Origin: the human T2T-CHM13v2.0 reference genome, Homo sapiens
Length of the DNA stretch: 64,000 bases
Assembly (NCBI RefSeq): GCF_009914755.1
Contig: NC_060931.1
Direction: 5' to 3' (one strand)
Under the pieces are notes generated by a model. The model had not been told where the DNA came from, made no database searches, and worked only from the letters and a program-made list of their open reading frames with translations. A program made the position numbers and the translations under genes. Shown one piece after another: positions 1-13,309 of the stretch (position 1 is its first letter; the number at the start of each line of letters is the position of its first letter).

Positions 1-988
1 GTGTGTTGTAAAACATAGGCAATTAATTACTACTAGTTAAGTGAATTCAAGTGGTTTATTTTTTTAAAAATTGAGCAGATTCAAGCTTTTTGCTTTAATA
101 ATATTACTCTTATTTGCATTCTGAAATGCTTCCTTGATGAAAGAGAGTAGGTGAAGCTCTGGCTGGATCACTCTCATGAGAGTGTAGTCTGCAGGCAGAG
201 GTCATCTATCCTGTGCATATTAAAGAATTCTAGTTAATCTCAGCGCTTTACATGGCTTGTATTTGCTTTTGAAAAAATCTGAAGACAGAAATGACTGAAC
301 ACATGTTCCAAGGTGTTAAAAGCTTGATTAGGGTGCTGCCAGAAACATTCTGACTTTTCTGCTTAGTATGAGGAGAAGACCCAGTACCCAAGAATAATAT
401 GAATTTGTCCTTTCTGCCTTTGGGGATTTGCTCCATCCTTGTGTGCAAAGTGCTATAGGGGCCAGTAAGGGAGGAAAGGAGCAGGGTGTATATTAGGAAA
501 ATGATGTAGTAGGGATGCAATGCCTGTGATGTCAGATTGCCTTCTGGAGGTGTGATGGGGATAAACAGGTCATGACTGGGTGAAGGAGAGGGAGTAATAG
601 GGTACGTCAGAAATGATGTAGGTGGGACGTGTGCTGCAAGGCAAAGGCATTAGAAAGGCTTGAAATCCAAGGAAAGAAATTTAAGAACCCATCCAGTACC
701 TCTAATCTAATTATTCTACCTGGCCCTGCTGAAATCAGAGAAACCAAAGAAAACTGATTGGAAAACACTTTATTTAAATAGAAATCTCACGCTATTGAGA
801 TTGAATTGGGTGAACAGTGGGATGACTTGAAGTTTAGAGGATGAAGTTGATTACTCAGCAAATAGTTTTCTGTGGCATCTTGTGCAGAATGCAGAATTTA
901 TATCATTTGGCCAGGTTCCCCTTTTGTCCTCTTGTATGCTATACTATCTGTTTATAGCCCAAATTTTACTTATTAGTACTCCTTGTAG

Positions 989-1103
989 GTCTGTCTCCCG
1001 GGCTAGATCGTAAACTGTGATGGCAGGACCACATCTGCCTAATTTACCGCTACATTCCCAGTATAGCGCCCAGCAAAAAAATCAGTTCTAATTAAATATT
1101 GGC
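989..1103 (+). mobile_element. L2 3' end remnant
   Basis: gtctgtctccc...ctagatcgtaaactgtgatggcaggacc...taaatatt matches the typical L2 3' terminus. Confidence 0.6.
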
Positions 1104-1149
1104 AAAAGAGGAAGTATAACACAGAAGAAATGCCACAATATCTCACAGC

Positions 1150-1690
<541 letters not shown>

Positions 1691-4600
1691 TTTATAGTAA
1701 TAATTTTAAAGTCATCTTTCTCTGTCTCTTGCTTGATTGGTTAGAGAAGACTAATGGAATTAGAAAGCTATGAAGATTCAGCATCATGGTGTTTGAATAG
1801 TATGCAAGAAAGTGTAAACTATCCTTAAGGCACTTGCTAGAACTCATTTCAGAAAGACATAAAACAATTCTTGCACCTTCTTAATGAATCCTTCCCTCAG
1901 ACTTCTGGTGGCTGCCTTTTCCTCTTAAACCCAGCAAGTCAGAAAAATCAAACAATGAAACTAAAAAAGTTAAATCTAACCATGGGAAGTGAAATAAATA
2001 TTTACACATGGCTTCCATAAGCATGATATATGTTTATACCTTTAGTATGTTTTGATTTGTGTATCTTACCACCTCAAGATATAAGCATTTAGCAGCTGGA
2101 AACCTTATCCTGGATATATTTTGTATTGTACTTTATTGTATCTAATAACTGTCAGAGCCCACCAATAAATATACTACACTTAGTGTAGATACATGCATGG
2201 CTAATTCAACAAGCATTCTTATCTAAAATTTTGTGTTTTTACTTGGCTGCTGTATTGGTAGACTTGAAGACTCAGCCACAGCTGTCCTGAGAGGCTATCT
2301 ATAAAAGTGCAGGTGTTCAGCATTAGCAAATATTTCTTATTATATGGATTGACTTTTGGCAGCTAGTAACGATGTTTCCTGAGATTGAAAAATGATTTTC
2401 TACCTTAAACAGTGGTTTCACATTACTGGAATGCTGAATTAAAAAACACATACACATGCACACACACACCCCCCACAAAATTCTTCTCATCAAGTAGTAC
2501 CGAAACTGTTTTTGTTAGTTGTATACATTTCATGATTTGTATATTTTATAGTAGAATGCAAGTCTTTCTTTTTAACTGTTGTGGTTAGGTTTAGGTCCTT
2601 TGCCAAATGAAGCAGACTATGAAGAATTAGGAAGCGTAATGCATCCTGGGGTTGTGTTCCTGGTAAAGGGGACTTGGACCTGGCTGGAAGCCAAGGAAGG
2701 ACCTGGGGCTGGAGATATTTTCAAGACTTTAAAACTATCAGGACATTTTGGTGTTTTACTATTGGAGACTTTTTTGCATCAACAGATATTAACAAATAGC
2801 CTTTTATCCCTGTTTACAAGAAGTTCAAATACCCTTCGTGATATCTCTCTTCCCCTTCTTAACCTTAAAGTCACAAGTGGGCAGAGTCTGAGGACCTTGT
2901 TTCAAATGATTTATGGGAAGCTGAGAAATCCCTCCCTCTGCAGTCCCTTCATTTCCTATATACACACCAAATAATAAAACCAAAGGATAAGACATTTGGC
3001 TTGGTATCTGTTAATTTCTACATTAAATCTAGAAATTATAGTTTTTCTGTATTCTATAAAGCAAAAGACTAAAAATTGAAAGTAAAGGGCAGAGACATTT
3101 TCCTTTTGGAACATTATCGAAAAAATATGAAGATCATTTGCAGTGGGTTAATGAAGTTTGCATTTAATGCCTGAGCTCTTCACTGCTTGCCTGAGAGTTT
3201 GCCAAACCAACAGAGAAATTAGTTTGGCTAAATAAATAAATGACAAGAGGGCACTCTTGGGTGCGGTGGGGTTGGATAATTGAATCCAACTTAAGTATGG
3301 CTGGTTCTGTTACCCTAATAATTTTCCTTACTTTGGCAACACATTGCTGATGTTTTGGAATCTTTACAAGGCAGGTAAGCCTTCAGATCGAGGAAAACCA
3401 AACAAACCAATGTCAATTATTTGAGCTAAGCTCTACTTTGACACACTTGAGTTATGGCCCATGGCAGGAAAATTCAAAAATGTTCCATGTGTAAAGGTTT
3501 CCCCTTTATCATCTTACCTTCTCTGTCCTTCAGGTCTTCGCAGGAGAGTGCGTTTCAGGTTTTTGTTGAACTTATGAAAGGCTCAGTTTCAAAGGCTTGG
3601 GTTTTCACATCCATGTCAATATCACAGATTGAAATGTGACACGGGTACCTGGCTGCATACTTTCTTTAAACGTGAGCCAGTTATACCACAAAACGTTAGG
3701 GGAGGCACTCTTTCATCTCACACTTTAAAGTGAGGTTTGTTGATGTAACCCAATTTCCAGTCTGCAGAGGTCACTCTGTAATGTAGTGCGATGATGATAA
3801 ACCCATCAATCCTGTTTGATGTTTGAATTTCCCTTCCCGTGGTCTTTACCTCCACTTTGTTTTGTAAAGTAAGTTTGGTAATAGTGATATTCTGGCTTGC
3901 CAACGTCTGATGATCTGAATTCCCCTGACACTCACTGGCTTTTTAAAGCATGCACATGCTTTTGCAGAGATTATGCCGTGGATATAATTATGAAGGGGAT
4001 AATAGAAATAAATGTTTTTATATACTTTCGATGATGTTCTTGGGAAGAATAAGTGATCAAATGCAGAGATACTAAACCTTGGTTCCTGGCCCTCCTGTGA
4101 CCTCTGAAAGTAGTGAAAGTTCTTCTGTATTCTGTAAAGTGTTTGGCAGTTGGTATGAAATGAGTTGGTGGTCTCAGCAGTCTCTGTATGATTGTGGGTG
4201 TGTGGGCATGAACTGAGGGTAAGGAGAAGGAAGGGAATGGACAAGAACCAGTATTAGCTGGAGGAAGGGCATGATATAACTCCTGTGACATGCTCAGTCC
4301 ACAGAACCTTAAGTAGAAGGCTGCACTATATTTACTGGTCCCTGTCCTAAGTTAAGAGGCAGAATCAGGGATGAACAAGGGACTAAAGCCTGTTATTTGG
4401 AATACTGGAAGGTAAGAGTCAGTTGAGAACCAGGCCAGTGAAATACAGGTTGAAACATATTAAAGTGCCAGTATTTGGCCATTTATGATTTACAAAAACA
4501 TGTGATTCAGTGTTTCCATTTCATTGGATTTCATGTGATTCAACCTGATTCTGCATGCAGTAGCCGAATTGGTTTTTTTCTGTTTGTTTAGAAACACCCA

Positions 4601-7600
4601 CCTCACCGCCTCCTTGCTCATGGAAAGCCAGGGTTATAGTGAGGGCAATATGGTCGAATTAGCAGCTGCCCATTGTGACAAATGGTTGTTTTTGTTGACT
4701 GGTCCCTTCTGGCAAGGGGCGGCAAAAAAACAAAAACAAAACCAGAAAAAGACACCTTATTCAAATTATTGTGTTGGAGGTGACTGGAAGCTCCATTAGC
4801 TCATCACTTTTCCTCCAGTTAAACCATCTGGATTATAATTACTTGCCACTTTGCAAAGATCTGTATTACTGGCAGTGGCACAACTCTTTTTAGTGATATT
4901 TTTCAGTGTGAACTTCCTGGCTAGGTACAGCCTCCTCTAAGACCTATGGGCATCAGAATATGAGGTATATTGCAAGATAAGAAGAAATTAGACTGGTATT
5001 AATAATATAAGTCCCTTTCAAGTGACTTGAAGCTCTCTGTGTTGATTTTAGGACCTTGTCAAGATGAGCCAAACCGTGATGGATCCTAGTAGAGTACCTC
5101 CACCATTGATTCAGCTGTGCAATTTGGGCAGTCACATAACTTCTCTGCTTAACATTTTTCCAGTGCAGTAGAACCATTTCAGAGGTCTGGAAACTATAGT
5201 GTGAAGTGCCGGGTTCCTCTGAGTTGCTTTTGGATGGTGCTAGGGAGGAGAGGGGAGTCCTCTTAGTTGAGCCTGGACTTCCCACACCTCTTACGTTTTT
5301 GTCCCATTCAACAAGAACACCTCTGTCTTTTGTTTTGTATCTGAAGAAAGAGTTCAATGCTAAAAGGAAAACATTTGAAAACAAGTGGATCAAAAAAATC
5401 TCTAGGCCTTCTCCTAGCTCATTTGAATTTTTCTTCTCTAAATATCAGAATGTACAATCTGACGATATATGCCAGTACAATGGAAGGAGGCTAATTTTCT
5501 TCCTTTCCAGGCATCCCTACTGAGGCCCGTAAAATGGAAACATCTGTCCTTCTGGAAATACTAGGAAGGGAGGAAGCTTTCACCCTTCCTGCCAGCCCCC
5601 TCCCAAAGGAAAGGGGGGACTTATCTGATTGCCTAACTGGGGAGAGTAGCTGACTTTCTATGGCTCAGCCCCCTGGGGCTTGCTTTCTGTCAGCCCAGTT
5701 TGCCTGCGGGCAGGACATGTTCTTCTTTCCCTTTGTGCTAATCTTACTGGGCAAGCTGTGCGTCTGCCTCTGGAAAACCTGTCGTTTGGGATGGGTGCGG
5801 GAAGGTAGGAAGTCTGATCGTGACCTCAGATACTAGCCACATTCTCTGGTCCAGGTTTACTAGTAATAAAGATGATAGATTGATCCCTAACTGACTCCTG
5901 CATCAGCTTCTCTGTAAGTTCTGAAACTATAGGAGGGGGGAAAGATGGCGGAGGTTTCCTGGGAGAAACTCTGACAAATAAATCCTTATTCCTTGGCAGT
6001 TCATTATTGATTTCCCCCATATAGCGAACACCCTGTCTCCTGATCTTGATCTGTCTTAAAGTGCCTTCCATGTCCAGATTAAGATCCTGTCCCCTTGAAT
6101 GTTCTCTCTCCTTACTGCCTCTCTGGTTCTGGGCTGTGCCCACAGCTACCCCTCAATCACTGCTTTCTGGATTATGGAGCCACTCACTACTGATCATGCT
6201 TTTGCTTTTCCTCACATTGCCTCTGCATTTCAGCTTTGATTCACAACCCTGTGGGCCACCATGGGTGGATCTATGTTTCACAAGAAAGGTGTCAATTTTT
6301 TAAACTTCCTACAGCTGTGTTTGTTGATCCCAAGAAACCATGCAGGGTGTTCAGCCCAGGTTAATGAGCAGTCGGCTCACCCACAGGCACTCTCTGCTCA
6401 GGGATGCTAAGCCCTTTCATCTCTGGATTTCATCACTCTTAGAACTGTCAGGCAGTTGCCAGCTATTAGGGAGCCATGCTATTAGGGAGTTTGGCAGCTC
6501 CTCGAATTCCGTGTGCAGGAGGAAGCTCCTGTCATTCCTCGTCTCCTCATTTCCTTTGTGGGCAGACCCTGTGTGATGCTTGCCGTCACCGAAACTTGCC
6601 CTCCTCAGACTGGCTTATGGGGTTTACCCGAGTTGCTTTGCGAGCCCAGCCTCCTGTCCGCACCTGGGTCCACGGGCAAGGCAGATCTTGCACCTTCCCT
6701 CAACCGCACTGTGGCTGTGTTTCTGTGTCAGGTGTTCTCCAGTGCTTACAGCATGATACATTTCAACATGCTTCCCCTGCTGGTCCCTTCTTCCTGCCCG
6801 CTGCAGGCCTTTTAATCTCATGAGTCAACATCGCTCTGTAGAGCAGGTGCTGCTGTTCTGTACCCCCATCTGCTATCTCCTGCTCCTTTTCCTTTGTTAG
6901 TCAGCACCTACCTCGCGGGGAGAGACACTGAACTGCTGGTGGCTGTTACATGGGCTGCATCTTAACTCCACACCTTCCGTCCTTTTGGCTGCTCTGCCTA
7001 AAATGTCCTCATCGCTCTTAGGGAGTTGGACAAGGAGATCAGAGCCTCATTGTTCTAGAGAGCAAGTGAGAGGACAGTCCTAGAAGAACACCAGAGCCTG
7101 GTGCTGTGGGCCGTGGCTCTTTTCTGTCTCCCAGGCTGGAATGTGGTGTGGGAGGGCCCACCATGTACAAAGGGCCGGGGACTAAGTGGACATGAAATAA
7201 ACATATCAGGGCTTGCCTCTCTTGTGTACTCCTCAGTTCACACCACATGAGCAATATCTATTCAATTGCTTGCAAAGAAGGCCATCTGTTCCAACATTTT
7301 TCCTACCCTACTTCCCTGAAGCACTGTGGATTCATCCTCCTCAGAAAGACACTACCTTTCTGCTAATACTCATTTAAATACACGCTCATGGTAGACCACA
7401 GACACCTGGTCCAGTATAGACTGGATTCAGATTGGAGGAGGCAGACCTTTGGTATAGAAGCCTGGCAAGGAATCTCTAGGTCATATCAGTCTCGATATCA
7501 AACACCTGGGATCCAGTGGGATCCGAGGGTAGATCTGGGTCTACTGCACAGTGAAGAGGAACAGGTGGGAGGTCAGCTTCTCTGCCAATCAAGCTGGGGT

Positions 7601-7679
7601 TCAGGCTCAGGCTCTATTCGCAGTGGTAACTGTCTCACAAGGCAGTTCCAATTACAACTTCCACGTTTTCATCCTGAGC

Positions 7680-8694
7680 TTAGACCCCATGTCTCAGTTC
7701 CAGACATGGATATCTAACTGCCTCTTTTCATCTCCATTGGGATACTGGATGTGCAGGTATTTCAGTTACCACATTTTCAAGACTGAACTCTAGTCCCCCT
7801 TTTCATCTTCACCACTACCAGATACCCCCAACAAGATTTTCTCAAGTCTATCCTTATCTCAATGAATGACCCCACCAGCCAGCCATTTGCTCAAGCAAGA
7901 ATCCTAGCAATGGCCCACATATAATATAACTTCTTCTTCCCCACATATAATATAACTCTATTATGGCTTTCCCAACATAAAGCTCAAATGCTTCCAATTC
8001 TCTGTGACCATACTAGTTCAAGGCCCCGTTATGCTTCACTTGGGACTCCTCATAGCCTCCTTATTAGTCTTTCCACTTCTACCCTTTTCTATCTATTATC
8101 TATTTTCTATCTGTTTTTCAGAAAGCAGCCACTTTTGTAAAAATGTAATTTAAATAGCTGGGTTTTTTTTCTTTGTTTAAAACCCATCAATGCCTTCTCA
8201 GTGAAATTAAAACAAAATCAAAATGCACTTCTTCCTGTGTCCTACAAGACCAAGTGCTGCAGGGTCTGGTCTCTGTTTAGCTAACTCATATCTGTCCTCC
8301 CTTCTCTGCACCACTCACTGGCTTCATTTCTATCATTTTTACTGGGCTAGTGCTTTCCTGTTCAGGACCTTCACGCAGCAGAATTTATTTCTTCTCCCGG
8401 GCCAGTCTTTCCCAGTCTTTGCACGGCAGGTTACTTTCATCCTTGAAGTTTTTAATTTATTGTCACCTCCACAAACAGGCCTTCCCCAACTACCCAATCT
8501 AACCAGGTCACCTCTTCCTCTTGTTCTCTGTCTTTGTACCATATCATTTTTCTTTTTGGTGTTTATCTCAGTGGATCATTCTGTATTTGTTTAGTGCTTT
8601 AATTCACTAAACTCGAGGAGGCAGGTGCAATTTTGTTCAGCATCTAGTAAGTACAGGGCCTCCCACTCAATGAATATCTGTTGCATGAATGAAT
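7680..8694 (+). mobile_element. L2 (L2a-like) 3' portion
   Basis: atatctaactgcctc...gactgaactc; ends ctcaatgaatatctgttgcatgaatgaat. Confidence 0.7.
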
Positions 8695-9143
8695 CAGGGT
8701 GAGCAGGATGCTGCTGCTGATTCAGAAATCAGGCATACCTGCCAGCAGAATTAGTGTAGTGGGCAAATCCAGACCGCTGTGCTCTGTACACACTGGCTAG
8801 AGTTCAGTGAAGCTGGGCTGGGTACACCTGAGTGTCACAGGCCTTCAGCACATGCAGCTTGACAGGGCAAAGCAGGAACAGATAATATCAGGGCCCTCAG
8901 CACCTGTGGCCATTTTTTACTGGGGGCTGGAAAAGTAACTGAAAGTCTCTAACATTAAATCACTATTATATCAAGGCACTTGAAGGATATCAAAGAATAT
9001 TGGGAAATATATCAAACTTACCTGTGTATTTGGTAGGGGAGAGACAAACACAAATATCTAAGGGGTCACTTTCAGACTACTATGCCTTGTTTGTCATTGA
9101 AGTCATCATACTGCATTTCAGGAGAATGTACTCAATCAGAATA

Positions 9144-9164
9144 TATTAGGTTGGTGCAAAAGTA
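9144..9164 (+). mobile_element. MADE1/Hsmar1 terminal inverted repeat fragment
   Basis: ta + ttaggttggtgcaaaagta, the start of the mariner TIR. Confidence 0.6.
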
Positions 9165-9296
9165 CTACTGATACTATCAGATACTCCATAGGAAATTGCT
9201 GGTCAAATTATCGGTGAAAAGCAGTTGACTTATTATTCTTATTGAATATATGAGCAAAAACCTTTCTAAAATGATGTTCTGAGACAAGCCCTATCA

Positions 9297-9617
<321 letters not shown>

Positions 9618-10240
9618 TTAGACCACTTGCCCAAGTTCACATAGCCACCAAGTAGGAGATCCTGACTGTAAACCCAGTCATTGGTGTATAATCTTCATTA
9701 TTACCTTATGAGTAAACCCACAGCTATCCTACATCCCGCACATTCCTTGAACATTGATTCAATCCCTTCAAAAAGCGCAGATGCATATTCACAACTATCA
9801 GAAGATGGGTATAAAAAATATACTTTACTGTTACTGCTGTAATGCAAAGACTACAAAAGTCTAGAAAAGCGTTTTAACTGTAATAAAATATTTAAAGTAT
9901 AGAACATTATGAAGATGAAACTAATAATCATCTCGTCCTACCAACAAAGTCAATGATGATTAATATTTCAGTGTACTTTCCCTAAGATTTTTCTGTATAT
10001 ATATACATACATAATTAGCAGTCATTATATCTTTTTGCATATTTAAGCATCTATTTATATTTTAATAATTTTAGTTTTATCACATCACTGATATTTTTAT
10101 GTATTAGTCTTCCACAAAGTTTTAGTAGATTTTAAATATTTGATTATATAGATGCATGCTATTTGGCCTGTTTCCTTATTGTCATATATTTAAATTGCTT
10201 CCAGTTGTTTTCAGGTATATACCTTTTGAACACAGTACGT

Positions 10241-10738
10241 AGTTGTGAGTTGAATTGTGTGTTCCCCAAAAGATACGTTGAAGTCCTAACCCCTGGCACC
10301 TGTGTCTGGTACCTGTGAATGTGAGCTCACTTGGAAATAGAGTGTTTGCAGATGTAATTGAGTTTACACAAGGTCATAGTTGATTAGGGTTGGCCCTAAA
10401 TCCAATGACTGGTGTCCTTACAAGGAGAGCGTTTTTGTCCTTACAAGGAAACATAGCCACAGACACTGTGTGGAAGATGGCCCTGTGAAGGTGAAGGCAG
10501 GAATCGAAGTGTTATTGCTACTTTATTTCATTTCAGCTACAAGTATGCCAAGGATGGCCTGCAACTACCAGGGGCTAGAAAGAGACCAGGTGGGATTTTT
10601 CTTCAGAGCCTTCAGAGGGAGCACGGGCCTCCCAGCACCTTGATTTTGGACTTCTAGAACTGTGGGAGGATACATTTTTGTGTTTTAAGCCGCCTAGTTT
10701 GAGGCAATTTGTTACAGCAGCTCTAGGAAACTAATATA
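10241..10738 (+). mobile_element. MLT1 (MLT1C-like) MaLR LTR
   Basis: ttgaattgtgt...ccccaaaagatacgttgaagtcctaacccc; ends gttacagcagctctaggaaactaatata. Confidence 0.85.
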
Positions 10739-11099
10739 ATGAGAATATTTTGTTCTTTGAACAAATTTATGAAACTTTTTTCTTAAAAACTTAAGAGAGC
10801 TATTCTTATTTGTTATCATTACTAATATAATTGGTCTAAAACTTCTTTCACTAATTTATTGTTTTTTAAATGGTTACTTAGGTTTCCATTTTTGAGCTTT
10901 TTCTTTGCTTATATTTTCTCTGGTGTTTTGAAATCTGTACGTTTTACTACCTTTCCATTTTTCAAAATATTTTTTTTCCTATGTTTTTTAATTGTCAGAA
11001 TTAAGATTCAAACAGCAGTATTTGAGATGCCTGTGCTTGAGATCAGAAGTCAAGCAAATTTAATTTTTGTCTTCTTTGCCACTTTTTACCTCTTACAAT

Positions 11100-11280
11100 G
11101 TAATAATAGTATGTCACATTTACTGAGTAGGTACCATGCCCCCGTGATAGTCTTTACATGTCACACCTCTGCTTTACAGATGGGGGGGGAAGGATTGAGA
11201 GATTATGTAACTTGCCCTAAGTTACTAGATAACCTTTGCATAGCCACTGCTTCTGTGATCTCTAGCACTATGCTATCAGG
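11100..11280 (-). mobile_element. MIR
   Basis: catttactgag...tttacagatg...gtaacttgccctaagttac. Confidence 0.55.
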
Positions 11281-11645
11281 CCTTCTAAATAAACTCTGGG
11301 GTGGTAGACTTAATTATTTAGGATATTTTCTATATTAATTCTATCTTCTATTTTCAGATTTCTTTTGGACATTTTATTTTGTTATTAAAGATAGATTGAT
11401 TGTTGGTTTAATTGGTTGAATAGCTGATTTCTAAATCTGTGTAGTACATAGAGACATAATGGTATTAATATGTATATGAGGCTCTTGCTCAAACTAAAGG
11501 CGTCTTCCTTCCCAAGACCAAGAGTAATTTTCAGTTATTCAAAAATTGTCCATATGGTAGAAATTTCAGAATGCCAAGAGACGGAGAGATCAAAGAGTCA
11601 CTTACTATTTTCTTACTCTTAAATTTATTCATTATTAACCTGTAA

Positions 11646-12170
11646 TATATTGGTTATTTATTGCTGCATAACAAATTATCCCAAAATGTAATGACTTAAA
11701 GCAAACATTTATTATCTCCTAGTTTTTGTGTCAGGAACCTGAGCATGGCTTAGTTGGATGGCTCTGCCTAAGGCCTTTCAGAAGACTGCAGTTGACATGC
11801 TGGCCTAGGCTGCATTCCCATCTGAAGGTTCAAATGGGGGGAATTTGAAATCAGGGTTCATTTCCTCATAAGATGTTGGACTAAGGGCCTCAGTTCTGCA
11901 CAGGCTCTTGGATGGAGGCCTCTCTCAGTTCCTTGCCACGTGGGTATCTCAGTTTTGCAGGTGACAACATGACAGCAGGAGTCCTCAGGGCAAGGAAGAG
12001 AAAGAGGGCTGAGACAGAAGCCAATCATCTTGTAAGTGACATTATGCTACCTCTACCACATTCTATTCATTAGAAGGGGATAACTAAATTCAATCTGTGC
12101 TCAAAGGGGGGGATTACACAGTAGTGTGTACCAGGACATGCAGACTATTGGAGGCCATCTTAGAGGCCTG
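11646..12170 (-). mobile_element. MLT1F-like LTR
   Basis: tattgctgcataacaaattatcccaaaatgtaatgacttaaagcaaacatttattatctc...ggaggccatcttagagg. Confidence 0.8.
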
Positions 12171-12501
12171 AAACATGTTGGTTTCAGCTCTCTGCTCTTG
12201 TAACTTCTAAGCAGGGTTGAATAATCTGAGATCATTTAGAGGAATCCAACACTAAAGGTTTGGTCCGCTCCCTGTGTATATGTTTTGTAGGGTGTGTTTT
12301 ACCTCCTCTTATAATCTGTTAGGCAGAAATAATTGGCAGTGATCCCATGGACATGTTTTAGCCAACTTTCAGCAATAAATCAGATACTCCTCCATTTTCA
12401 TTTGGTATTTAGTGTTGCAAAGGATATTGCTAAGAATAATCAAAATTTGTTGCCTCATATTGCAGAATTTGATGACTTTTTCACTCAACTTTGTACTTTT
12501 T

Positions 12502-13292
12502 TATTTTAAGTTCTAGGGTACATCTGCAGGATGTGCAGGTTTGTTGCACAGGTAAATGTGTGCCATGGTGATTTGCTGCATCTATCAACCCATCACCTAG
12601 GTATTAAGCCAGCATGCATTAGCTATTTTTCCTAATGTTGTCCCTCCTCCCACCCTAACCCTCAATAGGCAGCAGTGTGTGTTGTTCCCCTCCCTGTGTC
12701 CATGTGTTCTCATTGCTCAGCTTCCACCTATAAACAAGAACATAATGTTGTTTGGTTTTCTCATCCTGCATTAGTTTGCTGAGGATAATGGCTTCCAGCT
12801 CCATTCATGTCCCTGCAAAAGGACATGATCTCGTTCCTTTTTATGGCTGCATAGTATTCCATGGTGTATATGTACCACATTTTCTTTATCTGCTCTATCA
12901 TTGGTGGGCATTTGGGTTGATTTCATGTCTTTGCTATTGTGAATAGTGCTGCAATGAAAATATGTGTGCATGTATTCCCATTCCTACCAACAGTGTAAAA
13001 GCATTCCTATCTCTCTGCACTTCACCAGCATCTGTTGTTTCTTGGCTTCTTAATAATCACCATTCCAACTGGTGTGAAATTGTATTTCATTGTGGTTTTA
13101 ATTTGCACTTCTCTAATGATCAGTGATGTTAATCTTTTTTTCATGTTTCTTGGCCACATGAATGTCTTCTTTTGAGAAGTGTCTGTTCATGTCCTTTGCC
13201 CACTTTTTAATGGTTTTTTTTTTCTTGTGAATTTGTTTAAATTCCTTGTAGATTCTGGATATTAGACCTTTGTCAGAAGAATAGATTGCAAA
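12502..13292 (-). mobile_element. 5'-truncated L1PA (PA8-like): 3' UTR plus ORF2 C-terminus
   Basis: ttttaagttctagggtacat...; 15-bp TSD aactttgtacttttt at 12487-12501 and 13293-13307. Confidence 0.92.
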
Positions 13293-13309
13293 AACTTTGT
13301 ACTTTTTAA

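Noticed and set aside
3345-3353. TGC-TGA-TGT read as selenocysteine (C-U-C)
   Set aside because: No SECIS element identified by eye and no selenoprotein similarity; a plain stop is more parsimonious.
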